Below, piece by piece: positions 44,428 through 54,246 of a stretch of 64,000 bases of DNA. A program made the translations under genes and the position numbers. The stretch's first letter is position 1, and every line of letters starts with the position of its first letter. The notes under the pieces are model-generated. The model had not been told where the DNA came from, searched no databases, and worked only from the letters and a program-made list of their open reading frames with translations. The stretch comes from an uncultured delta proteobacterium (lineage in GTDB: Bacteria; Myxococcota; Kuafuiibacteriia; Kuafuiibacteriales; Kuafuiibacteriaceae). The stretch covers positions 224,001 to 288,000 of the forward strand of contig CAWDML010000009.1 in NCBI GenBank assembly GCA_963803435.1. The letters run 5' to 3'.

Positions 44428-46410
44428 TTGCGTCTTAAGCCCTTACATCAGGCCGCGTTCCGGCGGTCGGCGCCCACCGTGCTCGATCGGCTCGTGGACC
44501 TTCGGGATCAGAGCCGCTTCGCGCTCCACGAGCTGACCATGCACTGCCGCGACCGCGGCCATGAGATCGCGAACGAGGTCCGGCCGCTGCTCGTTCGGTC
44601 CGGTCTGATGGAGCGCGACGGGACGGTCGGAGAGGCGGTGCGGGTCGGGGTCCTGGCGAAGGTGGTCGGGCACGGGCTCGCCATGGAGATCGCGGGCGCC
44701 GGCAGGTCGAGCAAGACGCCGGACGACGACTTCGGCGAGCGGGTCCGGACGCTGGTCGAGCGCGGCGATCGCGGGAGGGCGGCGGGCGAGCTCCTGGCGA
44801 TGGCCGAGACCATGGCGTCCTCGGGTCACGTCTTCGACGCGCGGGAGATGGCGCGGTTCGCCGCGGCGGCCAACACGCTGACCGATCGACACGGACGGAT
44901 CACGCCGGAGCTCCAGAGCGTGGTGGGCGCGATGGAGCAGCACCTGTCACCGAGCTTCAGCCGGCGCGCGGCGCCGCTGTTCCAGGATCTCGTCGCCGAG
45001 ACCGGCGGTCGGCTCGAGAAGATCGCGATGCCGCAGCGTCGGGTCCCCTACTGGCTGAAGGGACCGAACCCGCTGGCGAACCATCAGTCTCGCCCCGCGC
45101 TGCCCAAGGAGGCCGACGTCGTGATCATCGGCGCCGGGCTCACCGGCGGATTGGCCGCCTATCACCTGTCCCGAACTGCGGAGAGGAAGGGCCTCTCGGT
45201 GGTCGTGCTCGACGCCGGCGATCCCGCGGGTGAGGCCTCCGGGCGGAACGGCGGGAACTTCGAGCTCATCCCGGAGAACTTCTTCGGCGACTACGGAACC
45301 TACGACGGCCTGATCCAGGAGCGCTTCAAGTTCTTGAAGCGCTCCTATCCCGACCAGCCGGCCGAGGTCCTGATGCGGCACGCGAAGAAGACTGCGGAGT
45401 CCATCGTGGCCGTCGCGGTGGCGAACATGAAGCGGATGAAGAAGACGATCGAGCGCGAGAAGATCGACTGCGACTTCTCACCGGTCGGCTGGATCCGCAC
45501 CTCGCTCAACGAGCGTGAGGCCCGCGCCGCCGAGGCGGACATCGAGCTGGTGCGGCGGCTCGGCGGCAAGGTCGAGGTGATCGACGACGCCACCATGCGC
45601 GCCAAGCACAACTTTGCCGCGCCGCACGGCGCCCGCCTGGTGCCGGAGAACGGCAACTACCACCCGTTCAAGTTCGTCATCGGTGAGCTCCAGAAGGCGC
45701 TCGCGCGCGGCGTCGAGCTGTACGCGCGGACCCCGGTGAAGAGCGTCGTCTCGAAGAAGGCCGACCTGCACCTGGTGAAGACCGACCGCGGGACCATCCG
45801 CGCCAAGAAGGTGATCGTGGCGACCAACGCGTTCACGTCGGAGCTGTTCCCCGAGCTCGGCGACATCCGTCCGTTCCGGAGCCAGCTCGCCAGCTACAAC
45901 CACCTCCGCGATGACACGCACGGCCGCAGCATCACCGCCAAGGACGGCGACATCTACTTCAACTTCCCCGGCGAGGATTGCTATGTCGACGACGAGGGCG
46001 TGGCGCGCGGGACGATGAACGTGGGTAACGACACCGATACCGAGGTCCCGAGCCCGCACGACGTCCAGCCCAGCCGGTCGGTGTTCCTCGGCTCCAAGGA
46101 CGAGATTGCCTCGTACCTGCCCGAGACCGATCACCGCCCCCCGATCCGCGCCTGGTCCGGGTCGATGGCGTTCGTCGAGGGCGACCACGGCATGCGCATG
46201 CCGGTGCTGGGTCCGCTCGGCCAGGGCCCCCGCGAGGGAGTGTTCGTGGCCGTCTGGTGTAACGGCTACGGCGGCACCGGCTGCCATCAGGCCGGGGCGG
46301 GCGCCGCGGCGTGGGCGCTCACGGGGCGCGTCCCGAAGGACATCCCGCAGGACGTGTTCGGCCCGCAGCGGCTCTTCGAGGCCGCGCCTCAGTTCGACAC
46401 GACGGTGTGA
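44428..46410 (+). CDS. FAD-dependent oxidoreductase (DAO/PuuB-like) with ~200-aa N-terminal extension
   Basis: 'ADVVIIGAGLTG', 'ASGRNGG', 'HPFKF', 'VIVATNAF', 'CNGYG'. Confidence 0.87.
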   Translation: MRLKPLHQAAFRRSAPTVLDRLVDLRDQSRFALHELTMHCRDRGHEIANEVRPLLVRSGLMERDGTVGEAVRVGVLAKVVGHGLAMEIAGAGRSSKTPDDDFGERVRTLVERGDRGRAAGELLAMAETMASSGHVFDAREMARFAAAANTLTDRHGRITPELQSVVGAMEQHLSPSFSRRAAPLFQDLVAETGGRLEKIAMPQRRVPYWLKGPNPLANHQSRPALPKEADVVIIGAGLTGGLAAYHLSRTAERKGLSVVVLDAGDPAGEASGRNGGNFELIPENFFGDYGTYDGLIQERFKFLKRSYPDQPAEVLMRHAKKTAESIVAVAVANMKRMKKTIEREKIDCDFSPVGWIRTSLNEREARAAEADIELVRRLGGKVEVIDDATMRAKHNFAAPHGARLVPENGNYHPFKFVIGELQKALARGVELYARTPVKSVVSKKADLHLVKTDRGTIRAKKVIVATNAFTSELFPELGDIRPFRSQLASYNHLRDDTHGRSITAKDGDIYFNFPGEDCYVDDEGVARGTMNVGNDTDTEVPSPHDVQPSRSVFLGSKDEIASYLPETDHRPPIRAWSGSMAFVEGDHGMRMPVLGPLGQGPREGVFVAVWCNGYGGTGCHQAGAGAAAWALTGRVPKDIPQDVFGPQRLFEAAPQFDTTV

Positions 46411-46416
46411 GCCCGC

Positions 46417-47655
46417 TCAGGGGACGATGGCGTTCTCGCGGTTGAAGGTCACGAACGTGAGCGCGTCGGGGTACACCGGGAAGACGTTGCCCGCGAAGGC
46501 CTGGGTGCAGGTCTCGTTGGTCGTGACGCCGACGGCGGCCTTCACGTCGAGAGCCATCGAGCTGGAGGCGGTCATCTCGCTGAAGCCGACGCCGACCCAC
46601 TGGCCGATGCGCGAGGTGAACAGCGCGCTCCGATCGAGCTCGTAGGCCGGGCCCGGGTAGACGTCGAAGATCGGGGTCGGGGTCATGCCGAGCGTCGCGT
46701 TCGTCATCGGGATGCCGCCGCCCGACGAGCAGTCCCGCGCCTCCAGCGCGGCGTAGCCGGAGCCGAAGCCATCGTCGAGGTTCGCTGAGCCCGGGATGGG
46801 GGCACCGGCGGTGGAGATGGCGGCCTGGAGCACGGAGCGATGGAAGATCGGGAACGTGTAGCGGATGTCCGGCGTGCGAGCCTCGTTGATGCCGCAGGCG
46901 GGGACGTCGGGCGTCTCGTCGTTTCGGCGGACGAACTGCCAGTAGTAGGTGTCGACCCATGCGGGCGTCGAGGTCTGGGTGCTGCGAATGCGGAGCACGT
47001 AGGGGGTCTCGGCCTTGAGCGTCTGGGCACCGGCACCGTCTCCGCCGGTGAACCCGAGCTCGAGCTGATAGCCGCTGGTGCACTGCGGGTCGGCCGTCGA
47101 CTGGAGGATGTAGCCGATCGGGACCCGGTCCGCCGGATCGTGGTCGACGCCGGTGGTCCGGTCGTAGGTGGGATCCGGGCTGACCGGGGTCATGGTGGTC
47201 AGGTCGAAGAGCGGGAAGACCGCGACCTCGATCTGCTGCACCTCCTCGGCCGTGGGCGTGTACCCGAGGAAGTCGACGCACTCGACCAGGCAGTAGTCGT
47301 CCGCGAAGGTCGGGGGCGGGGTGTGCCGGCAGGACAGGACGGCGTCGGCGCCGCTCTCCGTGATCGGGAAGGTGGTGGCCTCGTCCACGCGGATGGGCGT
47401 GCCGGTGACGTCGATGGTGTCGTTGACCAGGCACAGATTGACGCCGGCGTCCTCGTTCGCGCCGGTGTCCGTGACCCCGGTGTCGACGAAGCCGAGGTCG
47501 TTCACGCCGCTGTCGGCCCCCGTGTCCTTGGCCCCGGTGTCCGGCGCCGCGTCGGTTCCACCGTCATCGTCGCCTTTGCAAGCGCCGAGCGTCGCGCTCG
47601 CCGAGAGCGCGGCGATCAAGAGCAGTGAGCGGGGAGACAGGCACTTGGGCGTCAT
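46417..47655 (-). CDS. Cys-containing lipoprotein with DTG/DAG/DSG low-complexity linker
   Basis: Lipobox 'TLGAC'; 'DTGAKDTGADSGVNDLGFVDTGVTDTG'. Confidence 0.75.
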   Translation of the reverse strand: MTPKCLSPRSLLLIAALSASATLGACKGDDDGGTDAAPDTGAKDTGADSGVNDLGFVDTGVTDTGANEDAGVNLCLVNDTIDVTGTPIRVDEATTFPITESGADAVLSCRHTPPPTFADDYCLVECVDFLGYTPTAEEVQQIEVAVFPLFDLTTMTPVSPDPTYDRTTGVDHDPADRVPIGYILQSTADPQCTSGYQLELGFTGGDGAGAQTLKAETPYVLRIRSTQTSTPAWVDTYYWQFVRRNDETPDVPACGINEARTPDIRYTFPIFHRSVLQAAISTAGAPIPGSANLDDGFGSGYAALEARDCSSGGGIPMTNATLGMTPTPIFDVYPGPAYELDRSALFTSRIGQWVGVGFSEMTASSSMALDVKAAVGVTTNETCTQAFAGNVFPVYPDALTFVTFNRENAIVP

Positions 47656-47761
47656 GAGCGGGGCCGGAGCATAGGCAGCCGGCGCTCCCGGCTGCAACGG
47701 TAAATCAGCCCGCGGGGCCCGATTGCGAGACGCCTGGCCTCCGAATAGCTTTCATCTGCCG

Positions 47762-49237
47762 ATGGAGGTGCTGCCCGAGACGCCGAATCGGCTGGCGACC
47801 GTCGCCGTCCTGTTCTCGGTCGCGTTCTTCCTCGCGTGGACCGCGGCGCCTCCCGTTCCGCCCGATACCTTCCCGATCCTCGATCTCACGACCGCCCTCG
47901 CGATCGCCGCCAGCGCGATCGTGTTCTGGCTGGCCCGCCGCCACCGCAATCGACCGCAGCTGCTCCAGGACACGGCGATGCTCTACGAGATCCTCGCCTG
48001 CCTCGCCATCGCGCTCTCGGAGCACTGGCAACCCTGGCCGGACGCTCTACCGGTTCGCGGCATCTCCTGGCTCGCTTTGGTCGTGATCTCGTTCCCACTG
48101 GCGGTACCGGTCCCTCCGAGGAGCGCGCTGATCACGGCGCTGGTGGGGGCGAGCATGGGTCCGCTCGCGCTCGCGGCCACCACGCTCCGGGGCAACCCGT
48201 TGCCCTCTCTGCCGACCTTCGGGGCTCTCATGCTCCCCACGTACCTGGCCGCCGGCATCGCCTATGTGCTCTCCGGCGCGCTCCACCGGCTCGGGAGCGA
48301 CATCGTCAAGGCGCGCCGGCTCGGCAACTACGAGCTGATCCGCGAGCTCGGCAAGGGCGGGATGGGAGAGGTCTGGCTGGCGAAGCACCGCCTGCTCAAG
48401 CGGCCGGCGGCCGTGAAGTTCGTGCGCGCCGACATGCTGGCCGAGACGACCGGCGAGGACGCGCACACGATCTTCCGTCGCTTCGATCGCGAGGCGCAGA
48501 CCACGGCGGCGCTCAGCTCGCCGCACACCGTGTCGATGTTCGACTACGGCCTCGCGGACGACGGATTGTTCTACTACGTCATGGAGCTGCTCGACGGCGT
48601 CGATCTGGAGACGCTGGTGGGCCGGTTCGGCCCGCTCCCCGCCGAGCGTGCGATCCACGTCCTGGTCCAGGCCTGCTCGTCGCTGGCCGAGGCGCACCGG
48701 CGCGGGCTCATCCATCGCGACGTCAAGCCGGCGAACATCTACGTGTGCCGGCTCGGGGTCGAGCACGACTTCGTCAAGGTGCTCGACTTCGGTCTGGTGA
48801 TCAGCGGCGCGGGCGCCGATCGACAGCTCACCCGCCTCACGCACGACGGTCTCACCAGCGGAACGCCGGCGTACATGGCGCCGGAGATCGCCACCGGCAG
48901 CGTGATCGCGGACGGCCGCGCCGACCTCTACGGCCTCGGGTGCGTGGGCTACTTCCTGTTGACCGGCCGCATGGTGTTCGAGTCCGCCTCCCAGATGCGC
49001 GTGCTCGCGGACCATGTGGAGACCCAGCCCATGCCTCCCTCCCAGCGGACGGAGCTCCCGATCCCGGAGGATCTCGAAGCGACCATCCTGGCGTGCCTCG
49101 AAAAGAACCCCGAGCGCCGGCCGCAGACCGCGGAGGCGCTCTCGCGACGCCTCCTCGCGTGCGGGCTCGCCGGCGCCTGGAGCCGCGAGCGCGCCGAGCG
49201 GTGGTGGCAGACCAACATGCCGAGCCCCACGACATGA
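47762..49237 (+). CDS. Membrane Ser/Thr kinase (N-terminal multi-TM domain, C-terminal kinase)
   Basis: About 5-6 TMs, then GKGGMGEVW, AVK, HRDVKPAN, DFG, GTPAYMAPE. Confidence 0.92.
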   Translation: MEVLPETPNRLATVAVLFSVAFFLAWTAAPPVPPDTFPILDLTTALAIAASAIVFWLARRHRNRPQLLQDTAMLYEILACLAIALSEHWQPWPDALPVRGISWLALVVISFPLAVPVPPRSALITALVGASMGPLALAATTLRGNPLPSLPTFGALMLPTYLAAGIAYVLSGALHRLGSDIVKARRLGNYELIRELGKGGMGEVWLAKHRLLKRPAAVKFVRADMLAETTGEDAHTIFRRFDREAQTTAALSSPHTVSMFDYGLADDGLFYYVMELLDGVDLETLVGRFGPLPAERAIHVLVQACSSLAEAHRRGLIHRDVKPANIYVCRLGVEHDFVKVLDFGLVISGAGADRQLTRLTHDGLTSGTPAYMAPEIATGSVIADGRADLYGLGCVGYFLLTGRMVFESASQMRVLADHVETQPMPPSQRTELPIPEDLEATILACLEKNPERRPQTAEALSRRLLACGLAGAWSRERAERWWQTNMPSPTT

Positions 49238-51501
49238 CCCCGCTCGCGGACGATGCCAAGGCCGCCGCGTTCTCGAGCACGCTCTGCGCGGCGGCGATGA
49301 TCGCGCACCAAGTGGCCGCCAAGGCCTCGCGCGACGCGTTCTTCCTCAGCTCGTTCGAGGTGACCTTGCTGCCGAGAATGGTGGTGGTCTCTGCGATCCT
49401 CTCGGTCGCCGTCGTGCTGCTCTCGGCCCGGGCCATGACCGTGATGACCCCCGGCCGCGTGGTCCCGAGGGCGTTCGTGGCCAGCGCCCTCCTGCTCCTG
49501 TCGGAGTGGGCGATGCTGGTGCGTTTCCACCAGGCGGGCACGATCGTCTTCTATCTCCACACGATCGTGTTCGGCTCCGTGCTCACCTCGGGGTTCTGGT
49601 CGATGGTCAACGAGCGCTTCGATCCGCACACCGCCAAGCAGATCGTGGGACGCATCGCCTCGGGCGGGACGCTGGGCGCGCTGATCGGCGGGATCTCGGC
49701 CGAGCGGATCGGCGCCAACCTCGATCTGTCGGTGGTGCTGCCGTTCCTGGCGGTGCTCCATCTGTTCTGCGCCTGGGTGGTGCGCGACCTGCGGGGCGGT
49801 GGCGGTCCGGTCCGCCGCCGTCCGCTGGCCCGCGGGAGCGTCGATTCGGGGCTCAGCGTGCTGGCGGGCTCACCGTACCTCCGCTCGATGGCGATGCTGG
49901 TGGCGCTCAGCACGGCGGCGGCCGCATTGCTCGACTACCTGTTCAAGGCGGAGGCCACACACGCGTTCGCGAGCGGCGAGGAGCTGGTGCGCTTCTTCGC
50001 CGCGCTCTACGCCTCGACGGGCCTGATCTCCTTCGTGGTGCAGACCGCGCTCTCGGCCCGGGCGCTGGAGAAGCTCGGCCTGGGCCGGACGGTCGCGCTC
50101 CTGCCGATCTCCTGCGGGCTGGGGAGCCTGCTCGCCATCCCGCTCCCGGGGCTCTTTCCGCTCGCGGTGACCCGGGGGACCGAGTCGCTGCTGCGGACCT
50201 CGCTGTATCGCTCGGCCTACGAGCTCCTCTACACGCCGGTGGCGCCTTCGAAGAAGCGCGCCACCAAGTCGATCATCGACGTGCTCTGCGATCGCTTCGG
50301 TGACGTCGCCGGCGGTGCGCTGGTGGCCGTGGTGCTCGCGGTCGCGGCGCCCGAGGCCTCGCGCGTTTGGCTGCTCGTGCTGGCGGGGCTCCTCTCCATC
50401 GCCGCGGTGGCCGTGGCGATGCGGCTGCAGAAGGGCTACGTCGAGACGCTGGCGGCGAGCCTGGTCGAGATGGGCTCCAACCTGAAGGCGCCGGGGCCCC
50501 GCGTCTCGGAGGTCGGGCGTGTGGTCCAGTTCACCGAGATGATGCTGTTCGACCGGGAGCAGGGAGCCTTCCTCTCCGCGGATCCGGACACGCTCCTCAC
50601 CGGCACGGGTCTCACGGCGGAGCTCTCGCCCACCCACACGATCGCGGTGCCGGCCTCGTCGTTGATCCTGGGCGACGCGGAGCGCGCCGCGATGCTCGAC
50701 TCCGGGGATCCGGTCCGCATCCGCTTCTCGCTGACGCAAGGCAGGTTGACGGACGAGCTGGTCCCTCGTGCGGTTCGCCTGCTGGCGCTGAACGACGTCA
50801 TGGTCGACGCGATCCTCGCGCTCTCGAAGGTCGTCGATCGGGAGGTGGATCGATTGGTGACCTTCCTCCTCGACCCCGACGAGGACTTCGCGGTGCGCCG
50901 CCGCTTGCCGCGCGTGCTGGCACACTCCACGGTGGCCCGTGCCCTCGACGGCCTCACGTCCGGCCTCGGCGATCGCCGGTTCGAGGTCCGCTTCCAGTGC
51001 GGACGCGCGCTCGCCCGGATGGCGCCCGGGCCCCGGGCCGTCGACCGGGAGCGGATCCTGTCCGCGGTGGCGCGCGAGGTCGCGGTCGATCGAGGGGTCT
51101 GGGAGAGCCATCGGCTGCTCGACGCCATCCCGGCCGACGAGTCGAACGTGTTCGAGGACGCGCTCCTCGAGGATCGGGCCAGCCGGAGCATGCAGCACGT
51201 GTTCACGATGCTCTCCCTGGTCCTGGGCCAGGAGGCTCTCGAGGTCGCATACCGGGGCCTGTTCACCGATGATCCGACGTTGCGCGGGACGTCGCTCGAG
51301 TATCTGGCGTCGGTGATCCCGGAGCCGATCCGGCTCAAGCTGTGGCCGTTCCTCGACGCCGGGCCGGTCGCGCTCGTCCGGCCGCGGCAGGAGGTCCTGG
51401 AGGACCTGATGCGCTCCCGCGGCTCGATCATGCTCAAGCTCGAGGAGCTCCAGGGCCTCGAGAGGGAAGACCGGGCGGTCGGCGATCGTAACAAGGGCTG
51501 A
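49234..51501 (+). CDS. Npt1/Npt2 (NTT, ATP/ADP translocase-like) MFS transporter fused to HEAT repeats
   Basis: 'KASRDAFFLS', 'FWSMVNERFDPHTAK', 'LLDYLFK', 'RSAYELLYTPV...KRATKSIIDV..DRFGD'; C-terminal HEAT 'FAVRRRLPRVL...DRRFEVRFQCGRAL'. ATGA overlap with the kinase. Confidence 0.85.
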   Translation: MTPLADDAKAAAFSSTLCAAAMIAHQVAAKASRDAFFLSSFEVTLLPRMVVVSAILSVAVVLLSARAMTVMTPGRVVPRAFVASALLLLSEWAMLVRFHQAGTIVFYLHTIVFGSVLTSGFWSMVNERFDPHTAKQIVGRIASGGTLGALIGGISAERIGANLDLSVVLPFLAVLHLFCAWVVRDLRGGGGPVRRRPLARGSVDSGLSVLAGSPYLRSMAMLVALSTAAAALLDYLFKAEATHAFASGEELVRFFAALYASTGLISFVVQTALSARALEKLGLGRTVALLPISCGLGSLLAIPLPGLFPLAVTRGTESLLRTSLYRSAYELLYTPVAPSKKRATKSIIDVLCDRFGDVAGGALVAVVLAVAAPEASRVWLLVLAGLLSIAAVAVAMRLQKGYVETLAASLVEMGSNLKAPGPRVSEVGRVVQFTEMMLFDREQGAFLSADPDTLLTGTGLTAELSPTHTIAVPASSLILGDAERAAMLDSGDPVRIRFSLTQGRLTDELVPRAVRLLALNDVMVDAILALSKVVDREVDRLVTFLLDPDEDFAVRRRLPRVLAHSTVARALDGLTSGLGDRRFEVRFQCGRALARMAPGPRAVDRERILSAVAREVAVDRGVWESHRLLDAIPADESNVFEDALLEDRASRSMQHVFTMLSLVLGQEALEVAYRGLFTDDPTLRGTSLEYLASVIPEPIRLKLWPFLDAGPVALVRPRQEVLEDLMRSRGSIMLKLEELQGLEREDRAVGDRNKG

Positions 51502-51509
51502 GCACGATC

Positions 51510-54206
51510 ATGGTGTTCGATCGCCTACGCTCCAACCTGGCGGCCGACCACACCAGCTTCGTGGGACGCGCCGCCGCCGTCGCCGATCTCTCCGGCCGGC
51601 TGGATCGCGACCGGGCCGTCACGCTGGTCGGAGACGAGGGTGTGGGCAAGACCCGGACCGCCAAGGAGGTGGCCCGGGACCGTGCCAGCACGCAGGACGC
51701 CGTCGCGTTCGTCGATCTCTCCGCCGCGCTCGACGGGGACGACGTCCTCCGCGCCGTGGCCTCCGCGCTCGAGCTGGCCCTCAGCCCCGACGACGACGCG
51801 GGCCGAGTGGGCGCGCTCTTCGAAGGGCTCGGACGCACGCTGCTGGTGCTCGACAACTTCGAGCACCTGGCCCACTCCGCCCAGGACCTGATCGCGGGCT
51901 GGCTCGGATCGACCGAGCGCGCCTGCTTCCTGATCACCTCCCGCCGGCCGCTCGGCCTCGAGCGCGAGGCGGTGTACCCGCTCGAGTCGCTGCGCGCCGG
52001 CGAGGCGATGGCGCTGTTCGAGAGCCGCGCGCGCATGGTCCGCTACGACTTCGCGGTCCACGCCCGCAATCGGGACACGGTGGCCGAGATCGTGGAGCGC
52101 CTGGCCCGCCTACCCCTCGCGATCGAGCTGGCCGCCGCCCAGACCGATCTCCTCGCGCCCGACGCGCTGCTCGCCCGGCTTCGCGCGCGCGCCGATCACC
52201 TGACGCTGGACGATGCGATCGAGTGGTCGTGGCACCTGCTGACGCCGTGGGAGCGCTCCGCACTGGCGCAGTGCTCGGTCTTCCGCGGCGGGTTCGATCT
52301 GATCGCGGCCGAGCAGGTCCTGGATCTGTCCGAGCACCCCGGCGCACCGCGCGTCCTCGACGTCATCCGATCCCTGAGGACCAAGGGCCTGCTCCGCTCG
52401 TACTCGCCGGCCGCCTTTCCCAGCGAGGTTCGCTTCGATCTCTACGAGAGCGTACGCGCTTTCGCCTGGGACACGATGGCCGGCGATGTGGATCGTCTGA
52501 CGCTCCAGCACGCACGCCGCTACCTGGCGGTCGCGCGGGCGTGGAGCGAGCTGCTCGACAGCGACCGCGAGGCCCGCGGCCGCGCCGACCTCGAGACGGA
52601 CAACCTGCTGGCCGCACAGCGACGCACGGAGGCCCGGCAGCCCACGCTCTCTGCGCAGCTGGGGTTGGCGCTCGACCGCGTGCTTCCCGGACGTTCGCCC
52701 TATCGTCTCCGCCGCAGCGTCCTCGATCGCGCGGTCGGCGCCGCGGCGGCCTCCGGAGGCGGGGAGCTCCTGGGCACGGCGCTCCTGGCGCGCGGCAACT
52801 TCGAGCGTGCGCTGACCCCGTCCGACGAGGCGCTCGCCGACATCACGCGGGCCGCGGCGCTGGCGAGCGACACGGGGGCGCGCGTGCTGGAGGGGGAGGC
52901 GATCCTCGCGCACGCCAAGGCGTGGGCCGATCGCGGCGAGCTCGATCGCGCGCTCGAGGGCTATCGATCCGCACAGACGATCTTCGAGGCCGAGCACGCG
53001 CGCCGGCAGGAGGGCGAGGTGATCGGCTGCCTGGGGAACCTGTACTTCACCCGGGGGCAGCTCGATCGGGCGGCCGCGCTGTTCGCCCGCGCGCTCGAGC
53101 TGCACCGCGCCAGCGGCAACGTCCGCGGCGAGGGGATCACGCTGTCCAACCTGGCCGCGCTGTGTGAGGAGCGCGGGAGCCTCGCCGAGGCTCGCGGCCA
53201 CTACCGCTCGGCCCAAGACATCCACCAGCGCATCGGCAACCGGCGCTCCGAGGGGATCGTCCTCACGAACCTCGGCAACCTGTACCGTCGTGAGGGGCGC
53301 TTCGACGAGGCCCGAAGCGCCTATCGCGAGGCGCTCGGGATCCATCGCGAGGTCCGCAATCGAAGGTCGGAGGCGATCGTCCTGGGTTGCCTGGGCGCGC
53401 TCGCGATCGAGGAGCACACCGAGGCCTTCGAGGCCGCCCGCGGGTGGCTCGAGGCGGCGATCACGCTCTCGTCGGAGGTCGGCGCCGCGCGATCGGCGGG
53501 CATCGATCGGGTCCGCCTCGCGATCGTCGATCACCTGGAGGGCGATCTGCCGGCAGCGCGCGCCGGGTTGATCCGCGCGATCGACGATCTGGAGGCGATC
53601 GGCGATCGCCGGCACGCCGCGCTGGGCCGCGCGCATCTGGGCGCAGTGCTCGCGGAGCTGGGATCGGGCGCCGAGGCCCTGCGAGCCCTCGAGGCAGCCC
53701 GGACGACGCTGCTGGTGCTCTCGGACGTGCACCTCTGCGCTGTGGTCGAGATCCTGGCGGCGGCGCTCGACACGGGAAAGCTGGCGACGCTGGTGGAGGC
53801 CGAACGCGCCATCCCCACGGCGGAGGCGCGCATCGCCGAGCTGACGGTCAAGCGCATGCTGATCCGCGCGCGCGCCCGGCTCGAGGGTCGCCAGGCCTTG
53901 ATGATCGGACCCGAAGCCCGCTGGTTCCGGATCGCGGAGCGCGAGGTCTCGCTGGAGCGCCGGCGGAACCTCCGCCTGATCGTCGAGGCGCTCGCCCGGC
54001 TCCGATCGGAGCGCCCGGGGGCGGGGATCGGCGTACGCGAGCTCTTCGCCGAGGCCTGGCCCGGCGTCATCGCGACCAGCGAGTCGAGCGCGCACCGGGT
54101 CTACGTCGCCATCGCGGAGCTGCGCAGGATGGGGCTGGCGGAGATCCTGGTGGCGCGCGAGGAGGGATACCTCTTCGATCCCGCCGTCCGGTTGATCCGC
54201 AACTGA
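51510..54206 (+). CDS. STAND/AAA ATPase-TPR regulator with C-terminal wHTH
   Basis: 'SFVGR', Walker A 'GDEGVGKT', 'LLVLDNFEH', 'LPLAIELAA', TPRs, terminal 'RVYVAIAELRRMGL...GYLF'. Confidence 0.88.
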   Translation: MVFDRLRSNLAADHTSFVGRAAAVADLSGRLDRDRAVTLVGDEGVGKTRTAKEVARDRASTQDAVAFVDLSAALDGDDVLRAVASALELALSPDDDAGRVGALFEGLGRTLLVLDNFEHLAHSAQDLIAGWLGSTERACFLITSRRPLGLEREAVYPLESLRAGEAMALFESRARMVRYDFAVHARNRDTVAEIVERLARLPLAIELAAAQTDLLAPDALLARLRARADHLTLDDAIEWSWHLLTPWERSALAQCSVFRGGFDLIAAEQVLDLSEHPGAPRVLDVIRSLRTKGLLRSYSPAAFPSEVRFDLYESVRAFAWDTMAGDVDRLTLQHARRYLAVARAWSELLDSDREARGRADLETDNLLAAQRRTEARQPTLSAQLGLALDRVLPGRSPYRLRRSVLDRAVGAAAASGGGELLGTALLARGNFERALTPSDEALADITRAAALASDTGARVLEGEAILAHAKAWADRGELDRALEGYRSAQTIFEAEHARRQEGEVIGCLGNLYFTRGQLDRAAALFARALELHRASGNVRGEGITLSNLAALCEERGSLAEARGHYRSAQDIHQRIGNRRSEGIVLTNLGNLYRREGRFDEARSAYREALGIHREVRNRRSEAIVLGCLGALAIEEHTEAFEAARGWLEAAITLSSEVGAARSAGIDRVRLAIVDHLEGDLPAARAGLIRAIDDLEAIGDRRHAALGRAHLGAVLAELGSGAEALRALEAARTTLLVLSDVHLCAVVEILAAALDTGKLATLVEAERAIPTAEARIAELTVKRMLIRARARLEGRQALMIGPEARWFRIAEREVSLERRRNLRLIVEALARLRSERPGAGIGVRELFAEAWPGVIATSESSAHRVYVAIAELRRMGLAEILVAREEGYLFDPAVRLIRN

Positions 54207-54246
54207 GCGCGACTCCGACGCGCGGCTTCGTGCTAGCGTCCGCCGC

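Noticed and set aside
47694-47725. GCAAC...TAAA...CCCGATTG upstream of the membrane kinase as a fifth sigma28-like promoter
   Set aside because: GCAAC-to-box spacing is 21 and the -10 has two mismatches; too weak.
47836-49233. Apparent 1221-aa ORF suggesting a longer transporter
   Set aside because: The first ~466 codons are an off-frame reading of the kinase gene; the transporter starts at ATG 49234.
51510-54206. STAND-TPR protein as an Avs-type antiphage NLR
   Set aside because: No N-terminal effector domain; the C-terminal wHTH and overall layout match common myxobacterial/actinobacterial regulators.
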